DNA of 64,000 nt from Clostridia bacterium (GCA_017403155.1 JAFQOP010000017.1:17023-81022); one strand, 5' to 3'; positions 1 to 8,800 are shown, counted from the stretch's first letter. Numbers and translations are program-made. Notes: generated by a model from the sequence alone, not told the origin.

Positions 1-52
1 TCAGAATTCGTGCGTCTAACGGCTTCGAAATTTAATATATTTTCCGGTTATC

Positions 53-90
53 CAATAAAAAAGGACGAAGAGAAATCCTCGTCCTTTTTG
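53..90 (-). terminator. Probable intrinsic terminator downstream of fumC (bidirectional shape)
   Basis: 8-bp stem AAGGACGA/TCGTCCTT (61-68 and 79-86) with a 10-nt loop. It is flanked by an A-run on one side and a T-run on the other, so a U-tract follows on either strand. Confidence 0.45.
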
Positions 91-165
91 TGTATTTCGA
101 TGCAATCTTAATTCTGCCCGTACATTTGCAGTGGCGGGCGAACGTTTTTTCCCATTACGTCCTTC

Positions 166-1536
166 TTACACCATCTTTTCGGGGTGGAAGCTTTCGTCAA
201 ACTGTTCCTCGGTAAGGTATCCGAGAGAAACGCATGCCGCCCTTAACGTTATGCCCTCGTCGTGTGCCTTATGCACGACCCGTGCGGCGTTTTCATAGCC
301 GATTATGGGTGTCAAACCCGTCACGGTCATAAGGGAGAGGGAGAGGTTTTCTGCCATTTTTTCCTTGTTAGCTTTGATTCCCGAGACGCAATTGTCGGTG
401 AAGGATCGCATCGCATCACCCAGAAGTCTAACCGACTGCAGATAGTTGTAGATACACACAGGCATAAAAACGTTGAGCTCAAAGTTGCCCTGCGACGCGG
501 CAAGCGACACGGCAACGTCGTTTGCCATGACCTGCACCGCAACCATTGTAAGTGCCTCGCACTGGGTGGGGTTGACCTTTCCCGGCATTATCGAGGAGCC
601 GGGCTCGTTTTCGGGAATTCTTATTTCTCCAAGACCGAGCCTCGGGCCGCTTGCGAGGTGACGGACGTCATTCGCAATTTTCATCAGGTCGGCGGCAAGC
701 GCCTTGAGCGCCCCGTGGGCAAATGCAAGCTCGTCCTTGGAGGTGAGGGCGTGAAACTTATTCTCCTCACTGACAAACGGATGCCCCGTGATATGAGATA
801 TCTCCCTTGCAACCTCGACTCCAAAGCCCTCGGGTGCGTTGAGACCCGTGCCGACCGCTGTCGCACCGAGTGCAAGACCGAGCAGACACTCGGCAGATGA
901 GACTATCATTTTTCTGCATTTCTCGAGCGATGCGCGCCAGCCGCTTATCTCCTGGCCGAAGGTGAGGGGGGTCGCATCCTGCAGATGTGTCCTACCGCAT
1001 TTTATAACCTCGCGGTTCTCCTCCTCCAGCCTCACAAGAGCCGAGATAAGTCCGTCGAGGGATGGCAGGAGCCTGTTGTGGGTAGCGAGATATGCCGAGA
1101 TATGCATCGCGGCAGGGAAGGTGTCGTTTGAGGACTGCGACATATTGACGTCGTCGTTCGGGTGCAGCAGTGGCTTGCCTGCGGTGAGATTAGCCCTGTT
1201 TGCGATAACCTCGTTTGCGTTCATATTGCTCTGCGTGCCGCTGCCCGTTTGCCAAACCGGGAGAGGAAAGTGAGCGTCGAGCTCTCCGTTTATTACCTCT
1301 GTTGCACCCTTTTCAATGGCGTGCAGCTTCTCCTCGGTCATCCTCGCGGGCGCGAGGCGACGGTTGGCTCTTGCGGCGGCGAGCTTTATGATGCCGAATG
1401 AGCGAATTATCTCGCTCGGCATTTTCTCCTCGCCTATCTTGAAGTTGTCGAGGCTCCTCTGGGTAACAGCGCCCCACAGCCTGTCCGCTTTTACGAAAAC
1501 GTCTCCGAGAGAGTCGTGCTCTTTTCTGAATTCCAT
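166..1536 (-). CDS. fumC: Fumarate hydratase, class II
   Basis: 456-aa ORF. It carries the fumarate-lyase signature GSSIMPGKVNPTQCEALTM (the FumC-type TQCEA, not the aspartase variant) and SSNDTFP. A GGAGGA SD lies 6 nt before the ATG. Confidence 0.93.
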   Translation of the reverse strand: MEFRKEHDSLGDVFVKADRLWGAVTQRSLDNFKIGEEKMPSEIIRSFGIIKLAAARANRRLAPARMTEEKLHAIEKGATEVINGELDAHFPLPVWQTGSGTQSNMNANEVIANRANLTAGKPLLHPNDDVNMSQSSNDTFPAAMHISAYLATHNRLLPSLDGLISALVRLEEENREVIKCGRTHLQDATPLTFGQEISGWRASLEKCRKMIVSSAECLLGLALGATAVGTGLNAPEGFGVEVAREISHITGHPFVSEENKFHALTSKDELAFAHGALKALAADLMKIANDVRHLASGPRLGLGEIRIPENEPGSSIMPGKVNPTQCEALTMVAVQVMANDVAVSLAASQGNFELNVFMPVCIYNYLQSVRLLGDAMRSFTDNCVSGIKANKEKMAENLSLSLMTVTGLTPIIGYENAARVVHKAHDEGITLRAACVSLGYLTEEQFDESFHPEKMV

Positions 1537-1725
1537 AGCTTATCCTCCATTATGCCGCCTACAAGGCGACCGCACAAGTATTTAACGAATTTTCGGCACC
1601 GCCGTCTTGGCGGCAAGGCTCCAAAATGCGAAAATCCCGGGCGTGAAGCGCACCGAGTGACGAATTAGATGGTGCTGAACATTCACGCTATCCTCCTTGT
1701 CGGTCGGATTATCCAATATGGGGAA

Positions 1726-1754
1726 ATTATATCATATGCGCACTCTTTTTTCAA
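1726..1754 (-). promoter_or_regulatory. Sigma-A-type promoter for fumC with extended -10
   Basis: On the minus strand: TTGAAA, 17 nt, TATAAT, with TGa immediately before the -10. This leaves a leader of about 180 nt before the fumC ATG. Confidence 0.5.
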
Positions 1755-1778
1755 TACCCGAGCTGCAAATTTCTTTTC

Positions 1779-2252
1779 TTACACGTCCTCTATCGAAATA
1801 GTTATGTATCTGTGTCTGCCGTGGTGGCCGACCTGCTTGATTGCCTCTATTCCAAGCGAGCGCAGGCTCTCAAGCGACTCTGTGATAAATCTCTCAAAGC
1901 AATCTATTCTCTCGTTCTTCGGTGCTCTGCCGATGAGAGAGGGAGCCCTCGCCTCCACCGCCACCTCCACCAGAGCCTCGCACTCTGCCACGGTGAGCGA
2001 GCGATCGCGCACCTTCTCAACGCATTCGCGCCTGCCCTCCTCGTCCTTAATTCGCAGAATTGCTCTGGCGTGTCTTTCTGTGAGCCCCGACTCCACGATG
2101 AGGGCGCGAAGCGGCTCGGAGTAGCCGAGCAGCCTCAGCTTGTTTCCTACGTACGACTGACTGACGCCGAGCTTTTTTGCTATTTCCCCCTGCGTCATTC
2201 CCAGCATTCTTATCATTCCGTCGATTGTCCTCGCCTCGTCGAACATATTCAT
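1779..2252 (-). CDS. ParB/Spo0J/Noc-family HTH protein lacking the N-terminal ParB CTPase domain
   Basis: HTH segment MTQGEIAKKLGVSQSYVGNKLRLLGYSEPLRALIVESGLTERHARAIL resembles the ParB/Noc DNA-binding core. The start is placed at MNMFDE (2252) because AAGGAGG lies 9 nt upstream; the ORF track extends to 2285. The gene lies directly downstream of rsmG, as noc does in Bacillus. Confidence 0.7.
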   Translation of the reverse strand: MNMFDEARTIDGMIRMLGMTQGEIAKKLGVSQSYVGNKLRLLGYSEPLRALIVESGLTERHARAILRIKDEEGRRECVEKVRDRSLTVAECEALVEVAVEARAPSLIGRAPKNERIDCFERFITESLESLRSLGIEAIKQVGHHGRHRYITISIEDV

Positions 2253-2348
2253 TTTCCTTGTCCTCCTTTTTTTGACTTCTATCATAATTCTATCACAAGA
2301 AAATGGCGCGAAATGTCTAAATAGCGCACCCCCGTGTAAAGAAAACGC

Positions 2349-2383
2349 AAAAAGCCGACAGACGTGACAGCTGTCGGCTTTTT
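2349..2383 (-). terminator. Intrinsic terminator after rsmG
   Basis: Stem GCCGACAG/CTGTCGGC (2354-2361 and 2371-2378) with A5 and T5 flanks. A U-tract follows on the minus strand. Confidence 0.6.
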
Positions 2384-2400
2384 ATATGAAATTTCATTTA

Positions 2401-3141
2401 TTATAGCGGTTTTTTGCTTATTTGGGCAAAGGCTCTCGGATATGCTGACGGTGTCTTCTGCTTCTTTTTTACCGAGATGAGGGGATGGGTCAGCTCCTCG
2501 GAGGCTCCGTCGGTCAGCACCACCGACTCTATCTTAACCTCACCGCCGCCGAGGGTCGCTATTGCCCGCCTTGCATCCTTCAGCTCATATTCGGCGCTCT
2601 TGCCCTTCATTGCGACAAGCTCACCTCCAACTCTGACAAAGGGAAGGCATAGCTCGCACAGTATCCTCATCTGTGCAACGGCTCTTGCAGTCGCGTAGTC
2701 AAACCTCTCGCGTAGCTCACCGTCCCGTCCGCCCTCCTCGGCTCTCATAACGCGCACAGACACGTTGGACAGTCCCAGCAGCTCGGCGCTTTCCTTTACG
2801 TAGTTGATTCTCTTTGCCGTTGAATCTACCGCGAGTATTCTGAGGTCGTCGCGTACTATTGCAAGCGGCAGGGTGGGAAAACCTGCACCGCACCCGATAT
2901 CAATAACTGAGGCACCCCGTGTCAGCTTTTTCGCCATCATAACGCAGTCAGCGTAGTGATTCAGTATTATCTGCTCGGGCTCCTTTATAGCTGTGAGGTT
3001 GTATTTCTCATTTTCCTCGAGCATCCTTACCGTGAGGCGGTAGAATTTCTCGCACCTTTCCTTGTCAAGATAGCTCGAAAGCCCGTTGAGCCCAAAGACC
3101 CGCGTGAGCTCGGAGATAAAATTTTTTTCGTTCAGCTCCAT
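2401..3141 (-). CDS. rsmG: 16S rRNA (guanine527-N7)-methyltransferase RsmG (GidB)
   Basis: 246-aa ORF with the SAM-binding motif VIDIGCGAGFPTLPLAI. Its length and C-terminal KKPL-type tail are typical of Firmicute GidB. An AGGAGA SD is present. Confidence 0.92.
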   Translation of the reverse strand: MELNEKNFISELTRVFGLNGLSSYLDKERCEKFYRLTVRMLEENEKYNLTAIKEPEQIILNHYADCVMMAKKLTRGASVIDIGCGAGFPTLPLAIVRDDLRILAVDSTAKRINYVKESAELLGLSNVSVRVMRAEEGGRDGELRERFDYATARAVAQMRILCELCLPFVRVGGELVAMKGKSAEYELKDARRAIATLGGGEVKIESVVLTDGASEELTHPLISVKKKQKTPSAYPRAFAQISKKPL

Positions 3142-3205
3142 TATATTCTCCTACATTCTTTATAGCATTATTCTATATCTTTTGCCACATTTTGTCAATA
3201 TCGTA

Positions 3206-3234
3206 TTGATTTTTGAGCATTTCCGTGATAAAAT
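3206..3234 (+). promoter_or_regulatory. Candidate promoter of the SGNH esterase gene
   Basis: TTGATT, 17 nt, TAAAAT, with TGa extended -10. It sits 34 nt upstream of the GTG start at 3268. Confidence 0.4.
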
Positions 3235-3267
3235 TAGGAAAAAACTATTTTTGGGAGAACAGCAAAA

Positions 3268-4323
3268 GTGAAAAAAATAGAAGAGATTGACAAAAATCTG
3301 AAGGTTGTGCAGGCGTGTGACGGCGGTATGGTATATCATAACGTTCTCGAGCCTCCGTTTTCTCTTTACGGTGTCTTTTATGAGGACGGTAAATTTGTAA
3401 GAATGCCTGCCGCTGTTGCCGCTACTGTAAATGAGGGCGTTGCAGGTCTCTTTGATAATACCGCGGGCGGCAGGATTCGCTTTTCCACCGACTCGAGGAA
3501 GATTAGCATCAGAGTGGGCTGGCGCGACACGGGCTTTATGCACCACATGAGCGTTGTCGGTCAGGCGGGCTTCGACCTCTACGTCGACTGCGGAGAGGGG
3601 GAGGTTTTCTACAAGAGCTTTATTCCCCCTGCTGATACAAAGGGCGGATATACCTCGCAGATTATCGATGTGTGGATGAAGGGAAACAGGACCTTCACCG
3701 TAAATTTCCCCCTCTATCATAACGTAAGCTCCCTCGAGATAGGACTTGAGGCAGACGCCTCTCTCGGTGAGCCGACACCGTATAAGGACGTGCTCCCGAT
3801 GGTCTACTACGGCTCCTCTATCACTCAGGGCGGCTGCGCGTCCAGACCCGGCAATTCCTATCAGGGCTTCATTTCCCGTCATTATAACGTCGATTATATC
3901 AACCTCGGATTTTCTGGCAGTGCAAGGGGAGAGGAGAAAATAGCGAGATACATAGCCTCGCTCGATATGTCCCTTTTCGTCCTCGACTACGACCACAACA
4001 CTCCAAGCTATGAGCACCTCGTTGCGACTCACGAGCCCTTCTTCAGAATAATAAGAGAGGCACACCCGACAATGCCCATTATAATTATGAGCCGTCCTGC
4101 GATGTACTCTTACGTGGACGACCTCAAAACTCGTGAGGGGGTCATAAAAAAGACCTACCTGAATGCACGCGAGGCAGGTGACGAGAACGTCTACTTTATA
4201 GACGGCAAGGAGCTGTATGAGATATGCGGAGCAGAGGGAACCGTCGACGGAACTCACCCGACCGACCTTGGCTTTTTCTCAATGGCAGAGCGACTTATTA
4301 AGGAAATAGACAAATTTATGTAA
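3268..4323 (+). CDS. SGNH/GDSL-family hydrolase (carbohydrate-esterase-like) with N-terminal beta-sandwich
   Basis: Block I YYGSSITQGG, block III-like DYDHN, and block V DGTHPTDLGF. GTG start with a GGAG SD. Confidence 0.8.
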   Translation: MKKIEEIDKNLKVVQACDGGMVYHNVLEPPFSLYGVFYEDGKFVRMPAAVAATVNEGVAGLFDNTAGGRIRFSTDSRKISIRVGWRDTGFMHHMSVVGQAGFDLYVDCGEGEVFYKSFIPPADTKGGYTSQIIDVWMKGNRTFTVNFPLYHNVSSLEIGLEADASLGEPTPYKDVLPMVYYGSSITQGGCASRPGNSYQGFISRHYNVDYINLGFSGSARGEEKIARYIASLDMSLFVLDYDHNTPSYEHLVATHEPFFRIIREAHPTMPIIIMSRPAMYSYVDDLKTREGVIKKTYLNAREAGDENVYFIDGKELYEICGAEGTVDGTHPTDLGFFSMAERLIKEIDKFM

Positions 4324-4354
4324 GATGCCATTGCCGCATCGGGGTAAGCAAATT

Positions 4355-4398
4355 AAAAAGAGCGCAGATACCGCCGGGAGGGTTTCTGCGCTCTTTTT
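4355..4398. terminator. Bidirectional intrinsic terminator between convergent genes
   Basis: 10-bp stem AGAGCGCAGA/TCTGCGCTCT (4359-4368 and 4385-4394), flanked by A5 and T5. Confidence 0.65.
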
Positions 4399-4405
4399 GT
4401 CTTTA

Positions 4406-6172
4406 TCAAACCTTAAGTCTGTATTCGTTTGAGTAGCTCTTGAGATACTCGTCGTAAACGGCGTTGCCGCTCTTGAGGCTCCTTGTGTATTCGTGCATGC
4501 CGAGGCTCTTGTGAGTAATCTCGATAACGCAGCCTGCAATATTGGAGCAGTGGTCGGAGACGCGCTCGAGGTCGGTGAGCATATCCGTGAGGATAAATCC
4601 GAGCTCGATTGTGCACTCGTTGTTCTTGAGACGGTTGATGTGGTTTGCGCGTATCTCGCTCTGGAGCATATCGATAACCTCCTCGAGGGGCTCTACGCGA
4701 GTTGCGCGCTCGAGGTCGTTGTCGCGGAATGCCGCGAAGGTAAGAGAGAGAATATCCTCTACCGCCCTGATCATAACGCGCATTTCCTCCCTTGCACCGC
4801 TGGAGAAGGAGATCTTCTTGTCGTACATCTCCTTTGCCGAGCAGGCGAGGTTTACCGCATGGTCGGAAAGACGCTCAAGGTCGTTTATGGTGTGGAGAAG
4901 TCTGGAAACCTCAAGACTCTCGCTCTCCGTGAGGTCGCATCCCGTGATCTTGACGAGGTAGCTTCCTATCTCATCCTCATACACGTCTATCTTGCTTTCC
5001 TCTGCGGCAACTCGCTCAAATACCTTCTTGTCAAAGCTACCAAAGAGGGAAATAGCATCCGCGAGGCAGGCATCCGTCTTCTCTGCCATGGTGTAGGTGA
5101 CTCTCTTTGCCTGCTCGATAGCGATGGCGGGAGTAGAGAGAAGTCTGTCGTCGAAGAGGTTCCTCTCCTCGGTCTCGCCCTTCTTATCTCTTACAAGGAA
5201 GATTGCAAGCCTCTCAAGGAGCTTGTAGCAGGGGAGAAGGAGAACCGAGCATACCACGTTGAAGACGGTGTGTATGACGGAGATAGAGAATTCATCCGCA
5301 GGAAGGTAGGCAAAGCCAAAGCCACCGGGAATGATAAGGTAATGGAGAAGGCAGAATACGGCGAGCATTACAGTTGAGCCGATGATGTTGAAGGACAGAT
5401 GCACTGCCGCAACGCGCTTTGCATCTTTGTTTGCACCTGCAGAGCCAAGCACTGCGGTGATGCAGGTACCGATGTTCTGACCCATGATGATGGGGAGCGC
5501 CATAGCTACGTTGAACATACCTGGGTTAGCGCCTGCGATAGTCTGCAGAATACCGACCGATGCCGAGGAAGACTGGATAATCGCCGTGATAACCGCACCC
5601 GTGAGAAGTCCGAGTACGGGGTTGGTAGCAAACATCTCGAAGAAACTGCCGAGGAACGACTCGATCTCGGGGGTTTTGAAGCCATCCGACATCATATCCA
5701 TGCCGAATATCAGGCATGAGAAGCCGAGAAGAATCAGACCGATATCCTTGAGCCTGGCACTCTTCAGGAATACGAAGAGGACCATACCGATTATTGCAAG
5801 GATGGGGGTGAAGTTCGAGGGCTTGACTATCTCAAGATACCACGCGCCGCCCTCGATTCCCGAGAGGGAGAGAATCCATGCCGTAATGGTCGTGCCGACG
5901 TTTGCACCCATGATAACGGGGATAGCCGAGCGCAGCTTGATGAGTCCCGCGTTTACAAAGCCGACGAGCATCACCGTCGTTGCCGACGAGGACTGGATAA
6001 CTGCAGTCACACCCGCACCGAGCAGAAAGCCGAGGATTGGGTTTGAGGTCATTTTGCTTAGAATTGATTTGAGCTTGTTGCCTGCCGTCTTTTCAAGTGC
6101 GTCGCCCATTACGGTCATACCGAACAGAAAGAGCGCAAGGCCGCCAAGCAATCCGAGTATAGCATCTGTCAT
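4406..6172 (-). CDS. Na+/phosphate cotransporter family protein with C-terminal PhoU-like domains
   Basis: 588 aa. The N-terminal polytopic region carries duplicated QSSSATT / QSSSASV motifs typical of Na_Pi_cotrans. The C-terminal helical repeats (DLERLSDH, DLERVSDH) are typical of PhoU. Confidence 0.9.
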   Translation of the reverse strand: MTDAILGLLGGLALFLFGMTVMGDALEKTAGNKLKSILSKMTSNPILGFLLGAGVTAVIQSSSATTVMLVGFVNAGLIKLRSAIPVIMGANVGTTITAWILSLSGIEGGAWYLEIVKPSNFTPILAIIGMVLFVFLKSARLKDIGLILLGFSCLIFGMDMMSDGFKTPEIESFLGSFFEMFATNPVLGLLTGAVITAIIQSSSASVGILQTIAGANPGMFNVAMALPIIMGQNIGTCITAVLGSAGANKDAKRVAAVHLSFNIIGSTVMLAVFCLLHYLIIPGGFGFAYLPADEFSISVIHTVFNVVCSVLLLPCYKLLERLAIFLVRDKKGETEERNLFDDRLLSTPAIAIEQAKRVTYTMAEKTDACLADAISLFGSFDKKVFERVAAEESKIDVYEDEIGSYLVKITGCDLTESESLEVSRLLHTINDLERLSDHAVNLACSAKEMYDKKISFSSGAREEMRVMIRAVEDILSLTFAAFRDNDLERATRVEPLEEVIDMLQSEIRANHINRLKNNECTIELGFILTDMLTDLERVSDHCSNIAGCVIEITHKSLGMHEYTRSLKSGNAVYDEYLKSYSNEYRLKV

Positions 6173-6222
6173 TTTTTATTTCCTCCATGATGAAAAAATT
6201 GTTTTTTTAGGCTTTTGACTGC

Positions 6223-6277
6223 ATTTTAACACACCAGTGTAAAATCCGTAATCTTCTTTGTGTTAAATCTACGTTAA
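6223..6277 (-). promoter_or_regulatory. Candidate Pho-box-like direct repeats plus extended -10 upstream of the Na/Pi transporter
   Basis: On the minus strand: TTAACG (6277-6272), 5 nt, TTAACA (6266-6261), then TTTACA (6243-6238), then TGtTAAAAT (-10 at 6228-6223). The hexamers match the Bacillus PhoP half-site TT(A/T/C)ACA, and the first pair has an 11-nt period. Confidence 0.3.
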
Positions 6278-6412
6278 ATCTCCATAGAAAATGAGGAGCC
6301 TTGCCGCAAGCCTTCATTGAATTTATATATACCCGAAATTTATATATACCCGCAGGCTCGCCAACCGTCAAAAAGCTCGGAGCTGTTCACAAGCCTGCAA
6401 GATGCGGACAAC

Positions 6413-6449
6413 AAAAAGAGCAAAGCGCCTTGGCACTTTGCTCTTTTTT
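6413..6449 (-). terminator. Intrinsic terminator after the 6469-7545 gene
   Basis: Stem AGAGCAAAG(C)GC / GC(A)CTTTGCTCT with one mismatch, flanked by A5 and T6. Confidence 0.6.
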
Positions 6450-6468
6450 ACGGGATACCCGTGTAACG

Positions 6469-7545
6469 TTATTTCATATATTTCCTGCGATTTTCTGCGA
6501 GAATTCTGTCTCTTTCCATAGCCTTGACGCGCCTTAGTCCCTCGACGCTTGCAAGCCAGGAGCGCTCTGTGCACTCCGAGCGGTAGGAGTTGGATTCACC
6601 TGCGTGAAAGCTCCAGGCGAGTATTGTTCTCGCGCCTGCATCATATGCCGCCTCGGTTGCCTCGATTATTTCCTCCTCGCGTCCCCTCGGGCAGGCATAG
6701 CCCTGTATCCATATATTGTGGTCCTTGCCGTGCTTTTCTGCGGCGGCGAGGCATACACGTGTTGAATTATAATTGTATTCGTAGGCGTTGTGATCCGTTC
6801 CGTACCAGTAGGGGTCGGTGCCGATGTTGTCAAGCGCGGGAATAGACGCGAGTCTCTCAGCATCAAGTGCGAGAAGCCCCTCCTTGCTGTTTCTTGTCTC
6901 CTTGCCGATACCCTCAAGCTGATGGGGCATAAGGCAGGTGACGTTGGTCATGCCCGCCTCCCTTGCATATCTGCATACAAAGTCGAGATAATCTATCATC
7001 GTATCGTTTCTGAATTTTGCAACGTCTGTGTCCATCACCTCGGGCATGGGGCGTCCAAACCTTTCCTCAAAAAGGCGACGGCAGGTCGGGCAGGCGCAGG
7101 AGGAGTAGTAGCCCGACCTGTCCGGCAGATCGAGTGACGGTATACTGGGCTCGTCCCAGAAAAGAGTCTTTCCACCGAGAGCTGCCACCTTCTCTATCCA
7201 CGCTTTTGAAAAATCGCGGTAGGACGGTGCGTTGAGACAGACCTGGGTGGGGTGCATCTCTCCGTTTCCGAAATAGGTGTGTGCCTCGGGATGATAGGCG
7301 AGAAAGTGGCTCTTATCACCCGGTGCTCCGCCAATTCCCCAGTTGTCCACCCAAACCTCGAGTCCCATGTCCTCACTTGCCTTGATTATATCTGCCATTA
7401 CGGTGTCGTGTCTTTCCCAGTCGTTGTGAGTGAGCATATGCACGACGATATCCATATCAGCGCGCACAATCTCCCTCATATCCTCTATTGCATGGGAGAG
7501 CATTCTGTTGCCGTGGTAGGCAACGCCCGTTTTTAACTTTTTCAT
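6469..7545 (-). CDS. Uncharacterised protein, possibly a TIM-barrel glycoside-hydrolase-like enzyme with a Cys cluster
   Basis: 358-aa ORF, 37 nt downstream of the AGE epimerase gene on the same strand. It carries the motifs LTHNDWERH, FWDEPS and SSCACPTCRRLF. I do not recognise a family with confidence. Confidence 0.6.
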   Translation of the reverse strand: MKKLKTGVAYHGNRMLSHAIEDMREIVRADMDIVVHMLTHNDWERHDTVMADIIKASEDMGLEVWVDNWGIGGAPGDKSHFLAYHPEAHTYFGNGEMHPTQVCLNAPSYRDFSKAWIEKVAALGGKTLFWDEPSIPSLDLPDRSGYYSSCACPTCRRLFEERFGRPMPEVMDTDVAKFRNDTMIDYLDFVCRYAREAGMTNVTCLMPHQLEGIGKETRNSKEGLLALDAERLASIPALDNIGTDPYWYGTDHNAYEYNYNSTRVCLAAAEKHGKDHNIWIQGYACPRGREEEIIEATEAAYDAGARTILAWSFHAGESNSYRSECTERSWLASVEGLRRVKAMERDRILAENRRKYMK

Positions 7546-7582
7546 AGCAACATCCTTTTCTTTAAAATCTCATATGGGCGGG

Positions 7583-8800
7583 TTAAAGCAGCTGAGGAAT
7601 CTCCTTGCCCTCTGCCCACGCACCGAGCATCTGCTCGCAGAGAATAAGGCAGCGAAGGAGGTGATAGGGACCCTTCCAGAGCGAGCCCTTCTGCTCGTGG
7701 GAAACCGTGCCGTCGCGGTGAAGGTATCCGTACCACTCACCTAATTCCTTGTCGGTAAAGTGGCTGAAGCAGTAGTCGTGGAGCTTGTCGTACCACCTTT
7801 CATACTTCTCCTCACCCGTAAGCCTTGCCGCGAGGAGAGTCGCGATAAGAGCCTCGTTGTGCACCCACCACAGCTTCATATCGTGCTCAAGCTGCTCGCA
7901 GGGGCGTCCGTAGACGTCGCGGAAATAGTAAATGCCGCCGTGCTGCTCGTCCCAGCCGATATCGAGCGACCAGTCGAGAATGTTGAGAGCCTTCTTAAGA
8001 AGCTCCTTGTCGCCCGTATTTATTGCCGCATTCATAAGGAACCAGGAGTTCTCAATGGAGTGACCGGGGTTGATGGTGCGTCCTGTGGGGTTGTCGAGAA
8101 TAGTACCGTCGGAATATACCGTTTCAAGCACGCATTTCAGCTCCTCCTTGTAGTGGAGGGTCATCATATCCGAAACTATCCGTGCAATAATGCCGTCATA
8201 GTATTCCTTGTTGCCCGTAATCCTTCTCAGGGTTTGCGCCGAGCTCACAAGCACCATCGGGTTGGTGTTGGAGTGGAGGGGGCGTACCTCGGCATTCTCC
8301 TTGGGTGTGATTTTGAAGGGGTCGGCAGCTGGGTCGAGGTACATACTGTACATAAAGTCAAAGTACTTGGTAGCGAGCTCAAGGTCCTCTCTGTTGCCGC
8401 GGAGGAGATAATATTCGGCAAATCCGACTACAAGAAAGCTCTCGGAGAAGAAGTAGCGACGCTTGCGAAGGGGCTTGCCGTCGCGCGTTACGGTAAAGAA
8501 CATTCTGCCGTCGGTGTCGATACAGTGCTCCCTTATGAATTTTGCACCGCTGTCTGCCGCTGCTGCCCATTCCTCCCTTCTACCGTACGTGTTGCAGAGC
8601 TTGGAGAAGGTCCACAGGCATCTGCCCTGAAACCATACGCTCTTATCGTCGTTGTAGGATTTTCCCTCTCTGTCCACACTTGTGATAAAGCCGCCGTATT
8701 CCTTGTCAATAAGGTCTGAGCCCATCCAGAAGGGAACAACGTCGGAGAAGAGGGTGTCGTGATAATGCTTTTTGAGGGATAGAATTTTTTCGTTAGTCAT
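7583..8800 (-). CDS. AGE-family epimerase/isomerase (N-acylglucosamine 2-epimerase / cellobiose 2-epimerase-like)
   Basis: 405 aa. Alpha/alpha-barrel motifs are typical of the family: GGFITSVDREG, FQGRCLWTFS, NPGHSIENSWF, GGIYYF, KLWWVHNEAL and KGPYHLLRC. Confidence 0.85.
   Translation of the reverse strand: MTNEKILSLKKHYHDTLFSDVVPFWMGSDLIDKEYGGFITSVDREGKSYNDDKSVWFQGRCLWTFSKLCNTYGRREEWAAAADSGAKFIREHCIDTDGRMFFTVTRDGKPLRKRRYFFSESFLVVGFAEYYLLRGNREDLELATKYFDFMYSMYLDPAADPFKITPKENAEVRPLHSNTNPMVLVSSAQTLRRITGNKEYYDGIIARIVSDMMTLHYKEELKCVLETVYSDGTILDNPTGRTINPGHSIENSWFLMNAAINTGDKELLKKALNILDWSLDIGWDEQHGGIYYFRDVYGRPCEQLEHDMKLWWVHNEALIATLLAARLTGEEKYERWYDKLHDYCFSHFTDKELGEWYGYLHRDGTVSHEQKGSLWKGPYHLLRCLILCEQMLGAWAEGKEIPQLL

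Noticed and set aside
1-165. Possible 3' end of a further gene at the left window edge.
   Set aside because: Only about 100 nt of open frame is available, with no motif. The region is better explained by terminator hairpins downstream of fumC. There is insufficient evidence to call a feature.
6301-6574. Tracked ORFs 6301-6537 (+) and 6368-6574 (-) in or next to the transporter upstream region.
   Set aside because: They span a terminator hairpin and the 3' end of the real gene at 6469-7545. They lack SD sequences and have atypical composition, so they are spurious.
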